Numbered from the stretch's first letter, positions 18,642 to 31,247 are shown. The stretch is 64,000 nt of DNA from an uncultured Lachnospiraceae bacterium (GCA_902782575.1 CACZNS010000027.1:750-64749); one strand, 5' to 3'. Numbers and translations: made by a program. Notes: generated from the letters alone by a model not told the origin.

Positions 18642-19527
18642 AGTGTCAAAGTCGTTTGATAATATAAAGGCAGTCGACAGTATTACCGTCAGTATTGATG
18701 AAGGCAGGGTTTTCGGGCTGATCGGTACGAACGGAGCCGGAAAAAGCACATTTTTAAGAATGCTTTCCGGTATCCTGAAACCGGATGAGGGAACGGTCAG
18801 GATCGATGGAAGAGAAATATTTGAGAATCCTCCGGCCAAAGCCGACTTCTTTTATATACCGGATGATATGTATTTCTTTTCCAATGCGGTACCAAACGAT
18901 ATGATGCTGTTTTACAGTAAGGTTTATCCTTCCTTTGATAAAAGCCGTTATGAAAAACTCATGGATAATTTTGCTCTGGACAAGCGGCGTAAGATCAATA
19001 CATTTTCCAAAGGAATGAAGAAACAGCTCAGTATCATTCTCGGACTCTGTGCCGCAACAAAGTATCTTTACTGCGATGAAACTTTTGATGGTCTTGATCC
19101 TGTGATGCGTCAGGGGGTGAAAAGTCTCTTTGCCGGAGAAATCGCGGAGCGGGGCTTTACACCTGTCATTGCTTCCCATAACCTGCGTGAGCTGGAGGAT
19201 ATCTGCGATACGGTCGGGCTTCTTCATCAGGGCGGCATGATCCTTTCCGAGGATCTGGATGAGATCAAATCGGATATTCATAAGGTCCAATGTGTGATCG
19301 CGGATAAAGAAAAAGAGAATAAACTGATCGCACGCCTTGATGTACTTGCTGAAGAGCACCGGGGGACACTCACGACCCTTACCTGCAGAGGGAAGGAGAA
19401 AGACATCCTCAATATCCTGCAGGAGGGAGATCCGCTGTTTTTAGAGGCACTGCCTCTTTCTCTTGAAGAAATCTTTATCAGTGAAACGGGGGTAGAAGGA
19501 TATGACATCAAAAAGCTTATTTATTGA
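18625..19527 (+). CDS. ABC transporter ATP-binding protein (YtrB-like)
   Basis: GTNGAGKST, FSKGM signature, DETFDGLD, SH switch. Confidence 0.92.
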   Translation: MIETAEVSKSFDNIKAVDSITVSIDEGRVFGLIGTNGAGKSTFLRMLSGILKPDEGTVRIDGREIFENPPAKADFFYIPDDMYFFSNAVPNDMMLFYSKVYPSFDKSRYEKLMDNFALDKRRKINTFSKGMKKQLSIILGLCAATKYLYCDETFDGLDPVMRQGVKSLFAGEIAERGFTPVIASHNLRELEDICDTVGLLHQGGMILSEDLDEIKSDIHKVQCVIADKEKENKLIARLDVLAEEHRGTLTTLTCRGKEKDILNILQEGDPLFLEALPLSLEEIFISETGVEGYDIKKLIY

Positions 19528-21721
19528 TCTGATGAAAGAAAATATGAAACGGCGGCTTTGGCCTGCGGCTCTTTCCATTCTCGGAAATCTCTTTGCCCTG
19601 CCGGTCTTTACCCTGCTGATGACGAATGTATGGTTTGACAGGCTTGCTCAGAACCGCACGGTAATACAGGATATCCAGTCGGAATTTTACACTATGATCC
19701 TGAGCGTAGGCAACATACCGCTCTTCCTGATCATCGGCGGGCTGGCGCTGATCAACGGTCTGCAGGGTATGGCCTATCTGCACAGCAAACCCCAGTCCGA
19801 TCTTTACGGTTCGATTCCCGTAAAGAGAACCACTTATTTTTCCGCTGTCTGCTTAAATGGCTTGCTGATCTTTATGATACCGTATATCGTATCTTTCCTG
19901 CTTACTGCTCTAATCGGCTTTTCCAGAGGTCTTGTGACAGGGCAGCACTTCCTGTACGGTCTGCTGAACTGTCTGATCGAGATCATTCTCTACGCTGCTG
20001 TCTATCTGACTGTGGTACTGGCTGCGATCCTGACAGGACATATTGTTGTGGCGATCGCCGGAAGTCTTGTTCTTCTCGGTGTCGGGCCACTCATCTATCT
20101 TATGGATATCGCCTATCGCAGCACCTTTTTCATGACATTTTATGAATCGGAGCATACAGAGCACTGGAATCTGCTGTTTTCCTCGCCTGTCGCAGCTTTG
20201 TCAGGTGCAATGATCGAAATGCAGACCCTGACCGATGCTTCGAAGCTCTTCAGCTCCTGTCTGGGAAAGATCGCTGTCTTTTCTCTGATCGAAGTGATCC
20301 TCCTTTTTGCCCTGTGCTACGTATTGATCCGGAAGCGTCCGGCAGAAGCGGCAGGAAAGGCTATGGCCTTTGCAGTCACAAAGCCGGTCATCAAGATTTT
20401 GATCATGGTACCTGTATCCATGGCATCCGCCATTATCTTTTACAGCATCGGTGAATCCAGTCTCGGATGGTTCATTTTCGGCCTTGCGATCGGCGTATTG
20501 CTGAGTCAGGCAGTTATCGAGATCATCTATGATTTTGACTTTAAGGCTTGTATCCGGCATCCGAAAAGCTTTATCGCCGGTACTCTCGTAACGGTATTCT
20601 GTGTCTGCATCTTTATTTTCGATCCTTTCGGGTACGACCGGTATATTCCGGATCTGAAAAATGTGGCCTATGCAGCGGTCCACAGCTATGAACTCCACTC
20701 CGGTCTCACTTATACGGATGAAAACGGCAACTACTGGAGCGACGACGATTATCATCTGGAGCATATGAAGCTGACAGATCTGGAGGATGTAGAAGTACTG
20801 GCTCAAAACGGAGTCCGATATGCGACTCTGGCAAGAAAATACAATTTTACCGATCGAAATAACCGGTTTTCCACGGAGGACCGGGACAGAGCGTATCAGC
20901 TCCTGCTGGAAAGAGGATATGTAGATGAAGGAGACGCAGTCCAGATGACCAATTTCATTATCTGCTGGATAACATCAAGCGGCAGAAGGATCTATCGGTC
21001 CTACAGCGGTATCAATCTCGGAAACAGCGATGTATTTACGGCCTTCGACAACATCTATCGCACCGTTGAATACAAGCAGGCTGTCTTCCCTTCCATCAAT
21101 GCTGAAGCAAAAGAACTGGAGATTTTAAGTGTAAATACCGGAACGGGATTTAGCTATATCAAACCTTCCGACGCGGAAAAACAGGAACTGTTAACGATCT
21201 ACCGTGAAGAATTGCTGAGTCAGGACGCTACAGCCCTGAGGGATGAATTTCCCGTTGCCCGGATCAATTCGGAGACCTTTGATCACCTCCATACGGATCC
21301 GCTTTATGAGTATGACTATAACCGTGACAGGACATGGCAGAATTATGATTTCTATGTTTATCCGTCCTTCACAAAAACGATCGGATGGCTTAAAAAGCAG
21401 GATATAGATGTGTATGATTACATGAATCCCGACATTATTTCAAAAATGGATATCAGCACCTATGTAGACGATCAGTATTACACTGTCAGCTATACGAAAG
21501 AAACAGATGCTGATATGATCGGAGAAATCCTCCCGGATCTCGTTCCGTCAGATTTTTACCGCTTAAATTATGCTTTTCTCCCGGAAGATCCGTATGAAAT
21601 GTATGGAAATATGTCTGTGGCGGTAACCTTTGAGAATAACGCGGATTCCTCCCCGATGGATTTCGAATTCCGGTCTGATCGGCTGCCGAAATTGATCATG
21701 GATGATATGAAGCCGGAGTGA
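19502..21721 (+). CDS. ABC transporter permease with large extracytoplasmic C-terminal domain
   Basis: Multiple TM helices in the N-terminal half; coupled to the ATPase gene. Confidence 0.8.
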   Translation: MTSKSLFIDLMKENMKRRLWPAALSILGNLFALPVFTLLMTNVWFDRLAQNRTVIQDIQSEFYTMILSVGNIPLFLIIGGLALINGLQGMAYLHSKPQSDLYGSIPVKRTTYFSAVCLNGLLIFMIPYIVSFLLTALIGFSRGLVTGQHFLYGLLNCLIEIILYAAVYLTVVLAAILTGHIVVAIAGSLVLLGVGPLIYLMDIAYRSTFFMTFYESEHTEHWNLLFSSPVAALSGAMIEMQTLTDASKLFSSCLGKIAVFSLIEVILLFALCYVLIRKRPAEAAGKAMAFAVTKPVIKILIMVPVSMASAIIFYSIGESSLGWFIFGLAIGVLLSQAVIEIIYDFDFKACIRHPKSFIAGTLVTVFCVCIFIFDPFGYDRYIPDLKNVAYAAVHSYELHSGLTYTDENGNYWSDDDYHLEHMKLTDLEDVEVLAQNGVRYATLARKYNFTDRNNRFSTEDRDRAYQLLLERGYVDEGDAVQMTNFIICWITSSGRRIYRSYSGINLGNSDVFTAFDNIYRTVEYKQAVFPSINAEAKELEILSVNTGTGFSYIKPSDAEKQELLTIYREELLSQDATALRDEFPVARINSETFDHLHTDPLYEYDYNRDRTWQNYDFYVYPSFTKTIGWLKKQDIDVYDYMNPDIISKMDISTYVDDQYYTVSYTKETDADMIGEILPDLVPSDFYRLNYAFLPEDPYEMYGNMSVAVTFENNADSSPMDFEFRSDRLPKLIMDDMKPE

Positions 21722-21731
21722 CCGGCCGCAG

Positions 21732-23186
21732 TCAGCTCCGTTTAAGGATCTGAATCTGATTGACCTGAGGATCGGCTGTTCCCTGAAGGGAGCAGCCCTT
21801 TTCTCTTGCAAAAAGAATATGATCGATGATATCCTGTGTGATCCGCTCCCCGGGAGCCAGGATCGGAATACCCGGAGGATAACACATCACAAATTCGCCG
21901 CAGATGCAATCGGCTGAGCCTTCGATCGGGATACTTTCCTTCTCCGAATAAAATGACTTCTGCGGACTGAATACAACCTCCGGTTCCACGGAATCCACAA
22001 AGGCCAGATCACCCGGTGCTTTGCTGTAAAGCCGCTTGATATCCTCGAAAGCTCCGACAAGTCTTTCAATATCCTGGATCCGGTCACCGATGGAAATATA
22101 AGCCATGATATTGCCGATATCTCCGAACTCCATCTGAATATCATATTCATCACGCATCAGATCGTAAACTTCGATCCCGGTCAGACCGATCCCTTTTGTG
22201 TAAACACACAGTTTTGTTACATCAAAATCATAGACTGCCTCACCGTCGATCAGTTCTTTCCCATAAGCATAATATCCGCCGATGGAATTAACCTCATCTC
22301 TTGCATATTCGGACATCTCCATGACCTTCGCGAAGCTCATTTCCCCGCGGAGTGCCAGATTTCTTCTGGAAATATCCAGACTGGACAGCAGCAGATAACT
22401 CGCGCTTGTCGTTTGAGTCAGATTAATGATCTCCCGGACATGATCCCGGTCTATCCCTTTATTTAAGAGCAGACAGGAGCTCTGGGTCAGGCTTCCGCCG
22501 GATTTGTGCATCGAAACCGCTGCCATATCCGCGCCCGCTGCCATAGCCGAGATGGGAAGATCATGACCGAAATAAAGATGTGTACCGTGAGCTTCGTCCA
22601 CCAGCACTTTAAGTCCTCTGGAATGTGCCAGCTCCGTAATCCCCTTTAAATCCGAGCAGATCCCGTAATAGGTCGGATTATTGACCAGCACCGCTGACGC
22701 GTCCGGATTTGCCCTGATCGCATCCGCCACATCCCGGATCTCCATTCCGAGAGCTACCCCGATGACTTTGTGGATCTTGGGTCTTACATACACCGGTACG
22801 GCTCCGCAAAGGATCAGTGCATTGATCACGCTCTTATGTACGTTTCTTGGAAGGATGATCTTGTCTCCGGCTTTGCAGACAGAAAGGATCATACTTTGAA
22901 CGGCACTTGTTGTCCCGCCCACCATGAAAAAAGAATTGGCTGCACCGAAAGCATCTGCCATCAGCTCTTCCGCTTCGGCGATAACCGATACCGGATTGCA
23001 GAGATTGTCTAACGGCTTCATGCTGTTTACGTCCGAACTGACACATTGAGGGCCCAAAAGCTTCGCAAGCTCCGGGTTTCCTCTTCCGCGCTTATGTCCG
23101 GGCACGTCAAACGGCACAACCCGCCGTTTTTTAAAATTTTCAAGCGCCTCATAAAGCGGCGCTTTTGCCTGCTTTTCTAAATCCAC
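21732..23186 (-). CDS. speA: Orn/Lys/Arg decarboxylase (likely arginine decarboxylase)
   Basis: FDVPGHK, VDEAHG, PLP lysine SMHKS, YPPGIP; GTG start. Confidence 0.8.
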   Translation of the reverse strand: MDLEKQAKAPLYEALENFKKRRVVPFDVPGHKRGRGNPELAKLLGPQCVSSDVNSMKPLDNLCNPVSVIAEAEELMADAFGAANSFFMVGGTTSAVQSMILSVCKAGDKIILPRNVHKSVINALILCGAVPVYVRPKIHKVIGVALGMEIRDVADAIRANPDASAVLVNNPTYYGICSDLKGITELAHSRGLKVLVDEAHGTHLYFGHDLPISAMAAGADMAAVSMHKSGGSLTQSSCLLLNKGIDRDHVREIINLTQTTSASYLLLSSLDISRRNLALRGEMSFAKVMEMSEYARDEVNSIGGYYAYGKELIDGEAVYDFDVTKLCVYTKGIGLTGIEVYDLMRDEYDIQMEFGDIGNIMAYISIGDRIQDIERLVGAFEDIKRLYSKAPGDLAFVDSVEPEVVFSPQKSFYSEKESIPIEGSADCICGEFVMCYPPGIPILAPGERITQDIIDHILFAREKGCSLQGTADPQVNQIQILKRS

Positions 23187-23263
23187 GATTTTTCCTGTAT
23201 GCTATTATTGCGGCTGCGAAATGCCGCCGTGCCTGACTGTCTGAATGTAGGAATTCAACGGCA

Positions 23264-25561
23264 TTATAGCCTGTTTTTATTATAATTGATCAGACACCCG
23301 TCCAGAATGATCTGCCGCTCATCATCGGTCAGCGTACCGAGACTAAGCTCAAACTCAGCCAGACTCTCTCCTTTGACTGCAAAAGTTCTGATCACATCCG
23401 CTTTTTCTTCTACTGCCTTCCGGATCCCCGGAAGAAACAGGAAGTCCAGATTCTGAAACGGCAGGTCTCCTGCCTTTATCAGAAACGGTAGCATTCCCCA
23501 ATTGATCAGATTGCTGCGGTAACGCTTTGTTGCATATTCATTTGCAATATTCGCCCAACCGCCAAGTACCTTCTGTACCGATGCCGCCTGCTCCCTGGCG
23601 GAGCCGTCGCCGGGCTTAACCGCAAAGATCGTGGAACCGATCCCGGTATTATCCCATCCTGCATCCGTAAATCGCTTCTGTACTGTCTGCCAGGCTTTTC
23701 CGAAGTCCGCGGATGCTTCGACCACCTTCTCGATCGCCGATACACCGTCTTCTCTTGCGGATTCAAACGACTGCACTTCCTTCGCCCTGGCCACATACTC
23801 CGGATCCTTTCGGGAAAGTGCAAATTCCGCCAATCCGAGCGGGTTGGATCGGAAAGATGACGTTTCTCCGGAAGGGATCAGCTCATCTGTTGTAGTTACA
23901 GGATCGTGAATCTCCGAAACCACCCTAAGAAACAGATTATCCGTAAGCGCGACCATCTCCGGCCAATCCTTGATATTCGGCCCCAGAATGATCTCCGCGC
24001 TTTCATCAGCTTTCTGCCATGCATCAAATACTCTCTTCTGATAAATACGACTGTCGAAGAAATATTTGTATTTTCCCTGCTTTACATCTATCTGATCCGC
24101 ACCGGTCAGCAGACCCTTGTTGGCCGCTGTCGCCGCAATCGATCTCGCATCCATAAGAGCCACGGATGAAATCTGCCCCTTCTGTATCTTGGAGCCTTCG
24201 CGGTTCGGGAAATTTCTGGTAGAGTGCCGGATCGAAAATGCATTATTTGCCGGCGTATCACCTGCTCCGAAGCAGGGCCCGCAGAAGCAGGTCTTCAAAA
24301 CTACACCCGCGTCGATCAGTTTTGTAAATGCACCGTTTTTAACCAGCTCCGCATATACCGGCATAGATGCCGGGTACACGCTCATCGTAAATTCATTGTT
24401 TCCGATATCCGCCCCGTCCAGGATATCAGCAGCCGCGCAAATATTCTCAAAGCCTCCGCCCGCGCATCCCGCTATGATGCCCTGATCTACCAGCAGCTTT
24501 CCGTTTCGGATCTTGCTGTGCAGATCAAATTTAACCTGATCGCCAAAGGACACCCTGGCCCGCTTTTCCGTTTCGGAGAGGATATCCGTCAGATTGTTGT
24601 TGACCTCTTCGATAGAATAAGCATTTGAAGGGTGGAACGGCATCGCGATCATCGGCTTGATCTTCGAAAGATCTACCGTCACCAGTTCATCATAGTAGGC
24701 AGTATCTGCCGGATTCAGTTCTTTATAGTCAGCCTCCCGTCCATGCAGTGCAAGCCACTCCCTGATCGTGTCATCCGTCCTCCAGATGGAAGACAGACAG
24801 GTTGTTTCTGTTGTCATTACGTCAATACCGATCCTGAAATCCGCCGAAAGTCTGCCGACTCCCGGACCGATAAATTCCATAACCTTATTTTTAACCGTTC
24901 CGTCCGCAAAGAGCTTTCCGATCAAAGCCAATGCCACATCCTGCGGCCCGACTCCGTGCTGAACCTCCCCGGTCAGGTAGATACCGACCACCTGGGGACG
25001 CGCAATGTCGTATGTCTGAGACAGGATCTGCTTCACAAGCTCCGGTCCGCCTTCGCCCACTGCCATGGTTCCCAGCGCACCGTACCTTGTATGAGAATCG
25101 GATCCGAGGATCATCTTTCCACAGCCAGCCAGCATCTCCCGCGCGTACTGATGGATCACGGCCTGATGCGGAGGTACATAGATCCCTCCGTATTTTCTTG
25201 CTGCCGAAAGACCGAAGACATGGTCATCCTCATTGATGGTTCCGCCGACTGCACATAACGAATTATGACAGTTTGTCAGAACATAGGGCACCGGAAATTT
25301 CTTCAGGCCGGAAGCCCTTGCCGTCTGTATGATCCCGACAAATGTGATGTCATGCGAGGTCAGGCAGTCAAATCTGATCTTCAGCTGCTCCATATTCCCG
25401 GATGTGTTGTGCTTTTCAAGGATCCCGTATGAGATCGTACCCTTGAGAGCTTTCTCCTTATCGAGATCCGCGGCATCCTTTTCAGGCACTACTTCGGTAC
25501 CGTTAAGGAGAAATGCGCCTCCGCCGTTAATTTTTACGCAATTATCTATCGCTGCAGACAT
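23264..25561 (-). CDS. aconitase-family hydratase (YbhJ-like)
   Basis: [44 protein letters not shown]. Confidence 0.88.
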   Translation of the reverse strand: MSAAIDNCVKINGGGAFLLNGTEVVPEKDAADLDKEKALKGTISYGILEKHNTSGNMEQLKIRFDCLTSHDITFVGIIQTARASGLKKFPVPYVLTNCHNSLCAVGGTINEDDHVFGLSAARKYGGIYVPPHQAVIHQYAREMLAGCGKMILGSDSHTRYGALGTMAVGEGGPELVKQILSQTYDIARPQVVGIYLTGEVQHGVGPQDVALALIGKLFADGTVKNKVMEFIGPGVGRLSADFRIGIDVMTTETTCLSSIWRTDDTIREWLALHGREADYKELNPADTAYYDELVTVDLSKIKPMIAMPFHPSNAYSIEEVNNNLTDILSETEKRARVSFGDQVKFDLHSKIRNGKLLVDQGIIAGCAGGGFENICAAADILDGADIGNNEFTMSVYPASMPVYAELVKNGAFTKLIDAGVVLKTCFCGPCFGAGDTPANNAFSIRHSTRNFPNREGSKIQKGQISSVALMDARSIAATAANKGLLTGADQIDVKQGKYKYFFDSRIYQKRVFDAWQKADESAEIILGPNIKDWPEMVALTDNLFLRVVSEIHDPVTTTDELIPSGETSSFRSNPLGLAEFALSRKDPEYVARAKEVQSFESAREDGVSAIEKVVEASADFGKAWQTVQKRFTDAGWDNTGIGSTIFAVKPGDGSAREQAASVQKVLGGWANIANEYATKRYRSNLINWGMLPFLIKAGDLPFQNLDFLFLPGIRKAVEEKADVIRTFAVKGESLAEFELSLGTLTDDERQIILDGCLINYNKNRL

Positions 25562-25587
25562 TTGGATTCCTCTTTTTCTTTCCTTAC

Positions 25588-28053
25588 TTATTTCTTTCTC
25601 AGCTTCACCTTGTCCAGATGCCAGATCTCATCTACGTATTCACGGATCGTCCGGTCAGAGGAGAATTTACCGCTGGCTGCAACGTTCAGGATCGCTTTTC
25701 TTGCCCATTCATTCTGGTTTTTGTAAGCTTCCTCAACCTTTTCCTGCTCCTCCGCGTATGAACGAAAATCCTTCAGGATAAAGTAGGTATCCGCGCGGGA
25801 AGTAACCTGTGTATTCAGCAGCGAATTGTAAAGATCACGGAAGAGCTCCGGATCGTTCTTTGCATAGAATCCGTTGATCAGCTGCATTAGGACCTCCCGG
25901 ATCTCCTGATCGTTATTGAAGATCTCCATCGGATTATATCCGCCGTTATTCTCATACTGAATAACTTCATCAGAGGACAGACCGAAGATGAACATGTTCT
26001 CCTCACCGACCTCCTCTGCCATCTCCACGTTTGCGCCGTCCATTGTACCGATCGTCAGCGCACCGTTCAGCATAAATTTCATATTTCCTGTGCCGGATGC
26101 CTCTTTGGAAGCTGTGGAGATCTGCTCGGAAACATCCGCAGCCGCAAAAATGATCTCCGCATTGGATACGCGGTAATCCTCGATAAAGACAACCTTGATC
26201 TTGCCCTTGATGGACTCGTCCTTGTTGATCACATCTGCTACGGAATTGATCAGTTTGATCGTCAATTTTGCGTTCTTATAGCCCGCTGCCGCCTTCGCTC
26301 CAAAGATAAAGGTCCTCGGGAAGAAATCCATACCGGGGTTTGCTTTGATCTTATTGTAAAGATACATCACGTGCAGGATGTTCAGAAGCTGCCGCTTGTA
26401 TTCGTGCAGACGCTTTACCTGCACATCAAAGATCGATCTCGGATCTACCTCGATCCCGTTATGCTCCAGAATATACTGCGCCAGACGCTCTTTGTTCTTG
26501 AACTTGATATTCATGAACTCGCTCTGAGCTTTTTTATCTTCTGCGTATACCTTGACTCCCTTGATCTTGGACAGGTCCGTGATCCAGTCGTTTCCGATAT
26601 GATCCGTGACCCATTCCGCCAGAAGCGGATTACCATGCAGCAGGAAACGTCTCTGTGTGATACCGTTTGTCTTGTTGTTAAACTTCTCCGGCATCATATC
26701 ATAGAAATCCTTTAACTCCTGCTTCTTTAAGATCTCCGTATGCAGGCGTGCCACGCCGTTTACCGAAAACCCGGCACAGATCGCGAGATTTGCCATCCTT
26801 ACCTGCCCGTCATAGATGATCGCCATCTTGCGGATCTTTTCCTGATTGCCCGGATACTCCTTTGTGATCTCAAGACAGAACCTGCGGTTGATCTCTTCCA
26901 CGATCTGATAGATTCTCGGCAGAAGTCTGGAAAAGAGCTCCATCGGCCATTTCTCCAGCGCCTCTGACATGATCGTGTGATTTGTATAAGCGCAGGTCTT
27001 TGTTGTCACTGCCCAGGCCTCATCCCAGGTCAGATAATAGTCATCCATCAAGATACGCATAAGCTCGGCCACCGCTACGGTCGGATGCGTATCGTTCAGC
27101 TGGAATACATTCTTTTCATAGAACTTCCTTACATCGTCATGCTTGCGCATGTATTTCTCCACAGCCTCCTGCAGAGAAGCGGAAATAAAGAAGTACTGCT
27201 GCTTCAGACGAAGCTCCTTGCCGGCATAGTGATTGTCGTTCGGATACAGGACATTGCAGAGGTTTCTGGCAAGATTATCCTGCTCAACTGCCTGTTGATA
27301 GTCTCCTTTATCAAAGGAATCCAGACGGAAGCTCTCCATCGGCTCCGCATCCCAGATCCTGAGAGTATTCACGATACCATTTCCATAGCCCACGATCGGC
27401 ATGTCATAAGGTACTGCCATAACGGACTGATAGCCTTCCTGTACAAAGTGGTTTCTCCCGGTCTCATCGGTTTCCACCTTTACGTACCCGCCAAACTTAA
27501 CTTCCTTTTGATATTCCCTGCGCCTTAATTCAAAGGGGTTTCCATCCCGAAGCCAGTCATCCGGCACCTCTTTCTGATAACCGTCACGGATCTGCTGCTT
27601 GAACATACCGTAATGATAACGGATCCCGCAGCCATATGCGCTGTAACCCAATGTCGCAAGAGAATCCAGGAAACAGGCTGCCAGCCGTCCGAGACCACCG
27701 TTTCCGAGAGCGGCATCCGGCTCCTGATCCTCAACGATATTCAGATCGATCCCCAGCTCCTTCAGGGCTTTCTGTACCTCCTTATATTCGCACAGATTGA
27801 TCAGATTATTTCCGAGAGCACGCCCCATCAGGAATTCCATCGACAGATAATATACTGTTTTCGGATCTTCTTTTTCATAAGCCTTCTGCGTATTCATCCA
27901 CTTCTCGATGATCGTATCCTTTACCGTATAGCAGACTGCCTCATAGATCTGCTGCTCGGACGCTTCGTCCAGATTTTTCCGGTACAGAACCCTTACGTTT
28001 TCTTTTACCGACTTTTTAAATGCCTCTTTGTCAAACGACTGTGTGATCAGCAT
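25588..28053 (-). CDS. glgP: glycogen phosphorylase
   Basis: [38 protein letters not shown]. Confidence 0.97.
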   Translation of the reverse strand: MLITQSFDKEAFKKSVKENVRVLYRKNLDEASEQQIYEAVCYTVKDTIIEKWMNTQKAYEKEDPKTVYYLSMEFLMGRALGNNLINLCEYKEVQKALKELGIDLNIVEDQEPDAALGNGGLGRLAACFLDSLATLGYSAYGCGIRYHYGMFKQQIRDGYQKEVPDDWLRDGNPFELRRREYQKEVKFGGYVKVETDETGRNHFVQEGYQSVMAVPYDMPIVGYGNGIVNTLRIWDAEPMESFRLDSFDKGDYQQAVEQDNLARNLCNVLYPNDNHYAGKELRLKQQYFFISASLQEAVEKYMRKHDDVRKFYEKNVFQLNDTHPTVAVAELMRILMDDYYLTWDEAWAVTTKTCAYTNHTIMSEALEKWPMELFSRLLPRIYQIVEEINRRFCLEITKEYPGNQEKIRKMAIIYDGQVRMANLAICAGFSVNGVARLHTEILKKQELKDFYDMMPEKFNNKTNGITQRRFLLHGNPLLAEWVTDHIGNDWITDLSKIKGVKVYAEDKKAQSEFMNIKFKNKERLAQYILEHNGIEVDPRSIFDVQVKRLHEYKRQLLNILHVMYLYNKIKANPGMDFFPRTFIFGAKAAAGYKNAKLTIKLINSVADVINKDESIKGKIKVVFIEDYRVSNAEIIFAAADVSEQISTASKEASGTGNMKFMLNGALTIGTMDGANVEMAEEVGEENMFIFGLSSDEVIQYENNGGYNPMEIFNNDQEIREVLMQLINGFYAKNDPELFRDLYNSLLNTQVTSRADTYFILKDFRSYAEEQEKVEEAYKNQNEWARKAILNVAASGKFSSDRTIREYVDEIWHLDKVKLRKK

Positions 28054-28063
28054 AGCTTCCTCC

Positions 28064-31000
28064 TTACTTTTTCTTGACCCCTAAGGTTACTTTTTCTCCG
28101 TTGATATCCCAGTCTTTTGTATATCCGTCAACAGAACCGATTACCGCATCATCTGCCATGACTTCCTTTAATAAGAATCCTTTGTTCTGCTCAAGATATT
28201 CCGCAAGCTTATCGTTGCCGGAGAGATAGACCGTGATCTTATCCATTACTTCAAAGTCCGCTTCTTTCCGCATGGTCTGGATCTTGGAGATCAGCTCACG
28301 CACATAGCCTTCTTCGATAAGCTCCTCTGTCAGATTCGTATCCAGCACAACCGTGATCCCATGATCACTCTGCTCCACAAACCCTTCCCGGCTTGTCATT
28401 TCGATCAGCAGATCATCCCTTGTCAGTTCTACCGCTGTACCATTTGCGTCGAATTTCAACGCACCGTCCTTCTCAAGCGTATCCATCGCTTCATTCCCGT
28501 CAAGTGAAGCCAGTACCTCACGGATCTTTCCGAGTACCTTTCCGTATTTCGGGCCGACTGTCTTCAGCTGGGGCTTAAAGGTGTAGGTCGTATAGCTTCT
28601 TACATCATCCGAGAACTCCACGGCCTTTACATTCAGCTCATCCTCTATGATCTCTTTATAGAAATCGGATACTTCATTCTCCGCTTTAACAAACATCTTG
28701 GCTATGGGCTGACGGTTTTTGATGTTGCAGGCATTTCTTGCCGCGCGGCCGAGTACAACGATATCCAGCACCGTTTCCATATCCTTTTCCAGCTGCTGAT
28801 CGATAAACGCCCCGTCCGCAACGGGATAATCCGTCAGATGAATGGATTCCGGAGCCGCTGTATCAATACTTTTCACCAGATTCTGATAGATCGACTCTGT
28901 CATAAACGGAATCATGGGAGCCGCTGCTTTGGAAATCGTAACGAGGCAGGTATAAAGAGTCATATAGGCATTGATCTTATCCTGCTCCATGCCTGCCGCC
29001 CAGTAACGGTCACGACTGCGCCGTACATACCAGTTTGAAAGATCATCCACAAAATCCTGCAGGCATTTTGCAGCCTCGGTGATCTTATATTGATCCAGAT
29101 CTTCATCTGTTTCCTTTACACAGGAATTCAGCCGGCTTAAGATCCACTTGTCCATCACAGACAGCTTATCCTTTTCCAGCTTATATTTTGTCGCGTCAAA
29201 ATTGTCGATGTTTGCATAGAGAACAAAGAACGCATACGTATTCCAAAGCGTTCCCATGAATTTTCTCTGACCTTCGGTCACAGCCTTGTCATGGAACCGG
29301 TTCGGCAGCCAGGGTGCGGAATTGATATAAAAATACCACCGGATCGCATCTGCCCCGAACTGATTTAAGGCATCAAACGGATCCACCGCATTTCCCTTGG
29401 ATTTGCTCATCTTCTGCCCGTCCGCGTCCTGTACGAGACCCAGTACGATCACGTTTTTATAGCATGGTGTATTGAAAAGCAGAGTACTCTCGGCCAAAAG
29501 GGAATAGAACCAGCCTCTGGTCTGATCCACTGCCTCACTGATAAATGAAGCGGGATACTGACTGTCGAAAAGCTCCTTGTTTTCAAACGGATAATGATGC
29601 TGCGCAAACGGCATCGCACCGGAATCAAACCAGCAATCGATCACCTCGGGAACACGCTTCATGGTGCCGCCGCATTTAGCGCATTTCACCGTGATCGTAT
29701 CCACAAAAGGTCTGTGCAGCTCTACGGTCTTTGCTTCATCCATACCGCTTAAGGTATACAGCTCTTCTCTTGAACCGACGGAGATCCTTTCACCGCAATC
29801 AGGACATTCCCAGACATTTAAGGGGGTTCCCCAGTAACGGTTCCTCGAGATCGCCCAGTCCTGAAGATTTTTCAGCCATTCTCCAAAACGGCCCGATCCG
29901 ATCGTCGGCGGGATCCAGTTGATCTGATCATTGTTGCGGATCATATCATCCCGCACTGCTGTCATCTTGATGAACCAGGATTCCCTTGCATAGTAAATGA
30001 GAGGAGTATCACAACGCCAACAGAACGGATAGTCGTGCTCAAATTTGGGGGCTGAAAAAAGAAGTCCTCTCCTGTCCAGATCCTTTAATACCTCCGGATC
30101 GGCATCCTTGACAAAAAGACCCGCAAAGGGTGTCTGCTCCGTCATATTTCCCTTTTCATCCACAAACTGTACAAAGGGCAGATCATTTTCCCTGCCGACT
30201 CTTGCATCGTCCTCACCAAAGGCCGGCGCGATATGAACCACTCCGGTACCGTCTTCCATGGTAACGTAGGAATCCGCCACAACAAAATGTGCTTTCTTAT
30301 GCTGCTTTTCCGCCTCTTTTTCAGAGCCATTATAAAGAGCCTCATACTCCTTGCCGCAGAGATCCGATCCTTTATAATGCTCGAGGATCTCATACGGTGC
30401 AGTCGGTGCGTCGCCTCCCAGCACCTTTTCGGCCAGTGCCTCAGCCATATAATAAAGGTAGCCGTCCGCTGTCTTCACTTTAATATATGCTTCATCCGGA
30501 TTCACACAAAGCGCAAGGTTGCTCGGCAGTGTCCAGGGAGTCGTGGTCCAGGCGAGGATGTAGGCATTGTCCTCCTCTCCCTTGACCTTAAAACGAGCGA
30601 TCGCGGAACGTTCCTTCACATTTTTATAGCCCTGAGCCACTTCATGGGAAGAAAGCGGGGTACCGCAGCGGGGGCAGTAAGGCACTATCTTAAATCCCTT
30701 ATAGAGCAGACCCTTGTCCCAGATCTGCTTAAGTGCCCACCATTCGGACTCGATATAATTATCCTCATAGGTTACATACGGATGCTCCATATCGGCCCAA
30801 AATCCGACCGTGGAAGAAAAATCCTCCCACATTCCCTTATATTTCCAGACGGATTCCTTACATTCCTGGATAAAAGGCTCCAGTCCGTACTCCTCGATCT
30901 GTTCCTTGCCGTCGAGACCGAGCTTTTTTTCCACCTCCAGCTCAACAGGGAGGCCGTGTGTATCCCAGCCTGCCTTCCTCGGCACATACTGCCCTTTCAT

Positions 31001-31219
31001 CGTATGGTATCTGGGGATCATATCCTTAATGACACGCGTAAGCACATGCCCGATATGCGGTTTGCCGTTTGCGGTGGGAGGTCCGTCGTAAAAGGTGTAG
31101 GTTTCGTTTCCTTCCCGGATCTTCATGGATTTTTCGAAAATATCGTTATCCTTCCAGAATTTCTCGACCTCTTTTTCACGATCCACAAAATTTAAGTCTG
31201 TATTTACCTTTTTATACAT
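28064..31219 (-). CDS. ileS: isoleucine--tRNA ligase (type 2, long C-terminus)
   Basis: DGPP..HIGH, GWDTHGLP, WTTTPWT, DWAISRNRYWG, KMSKS. Confidence 0.96.
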   Translation of the reverse strand: MYKKVNTDLNFVDREKEVEKFWKDNDIFEKSMKIREGNETYTFYDGPPTANGKPHIGHVLTRVIKDMIPRYHTMKGQYVPRKAGWDTHGLPVELEVEKKLGLDGKEQIEEYGLEPFIQECKESVWKYKGMWEDFSSTVGFWADMEHPYVTYEDNYIESEWWALKQIWDKGLLYKGFKIVPYCPRCGTPLSSHEVAQGYKNVKERSAIARFKVKGEEDNAYILAWTTTPWTLPSNLALCVNPDEAYIKVKTADGYLYYMAEALAEKVLGGDAPTAPYEILEHYKGSDLCGKEYEALYNGSEKEAEKQHKKAHFVVADSYVTMEDGTGVVHIAPAFGEDDARVGRENDLPFVQFVDEKGNMTEQTPFAGLFVKDADPEVLKDLDRRGLLFSAPKFEHDYPFCWRCDTPLIYYARESWFIKMTAVRDDMIRNNDQINWIPPTIGSGRFGEWLKNLQDWAISRNRYWGTPLNVWECPDCGERISVGSREELYTLSGMDEAKTVELHRPFVDTITVKCAKCGGTMKRVPEVIDCWFDSGAMPFAQHHYPFENKELFDSQYPASFISEAVDQTRGWFYSLLAESTLLFNTPCYKNVIVLGLVQDADGQKMSKSKGNAVDPFDALNQFGADAIRWYFYINSAPWLPNRFHDKAVTEGQRKFMGTLWNTYAFFVLYANIDNFDATKYKLEKDKLSVMDKWILSRLNSCVKETDEDLDQYKITEAAKCLQDFVDDLSNWYVRRSRDRYWAAGMEQDKINAYMTLYTCLVTISKAAAPMIPFMTESIYQNLVKSIDTAAPESIHLTDYPVADGAFIDQQLEKDMETVLDIVVLGRAARNACNIKNRQPIAKMFVKAENEVSDFYKEIIEDELNVKAVEFSDDVRSYTTYTFKPQLKTVGPKYGKVLGKIREVLASLDGNEAMDTLEKDGALKFDANGTAVELTRDDLLIEMTSREGFVEQSDHGITVVLDTNLTEELIEEGYVRELISKIQTMRKEADFEVMDKITVYLSGNDKLAEYLEQNKGFLLKEVMADDAVIGSVDGYTKDWDINGEKVTLGVKKK

Positions 31220-31247
31220 AGTTGGGTTCCTGCTCCTCTCTATTCTT

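Noticed and set aside
31220-31247. T-box before ileS (also sought before lysS)
   Set aside because: No room and no GGTGGNACCGCG antiterminator motif
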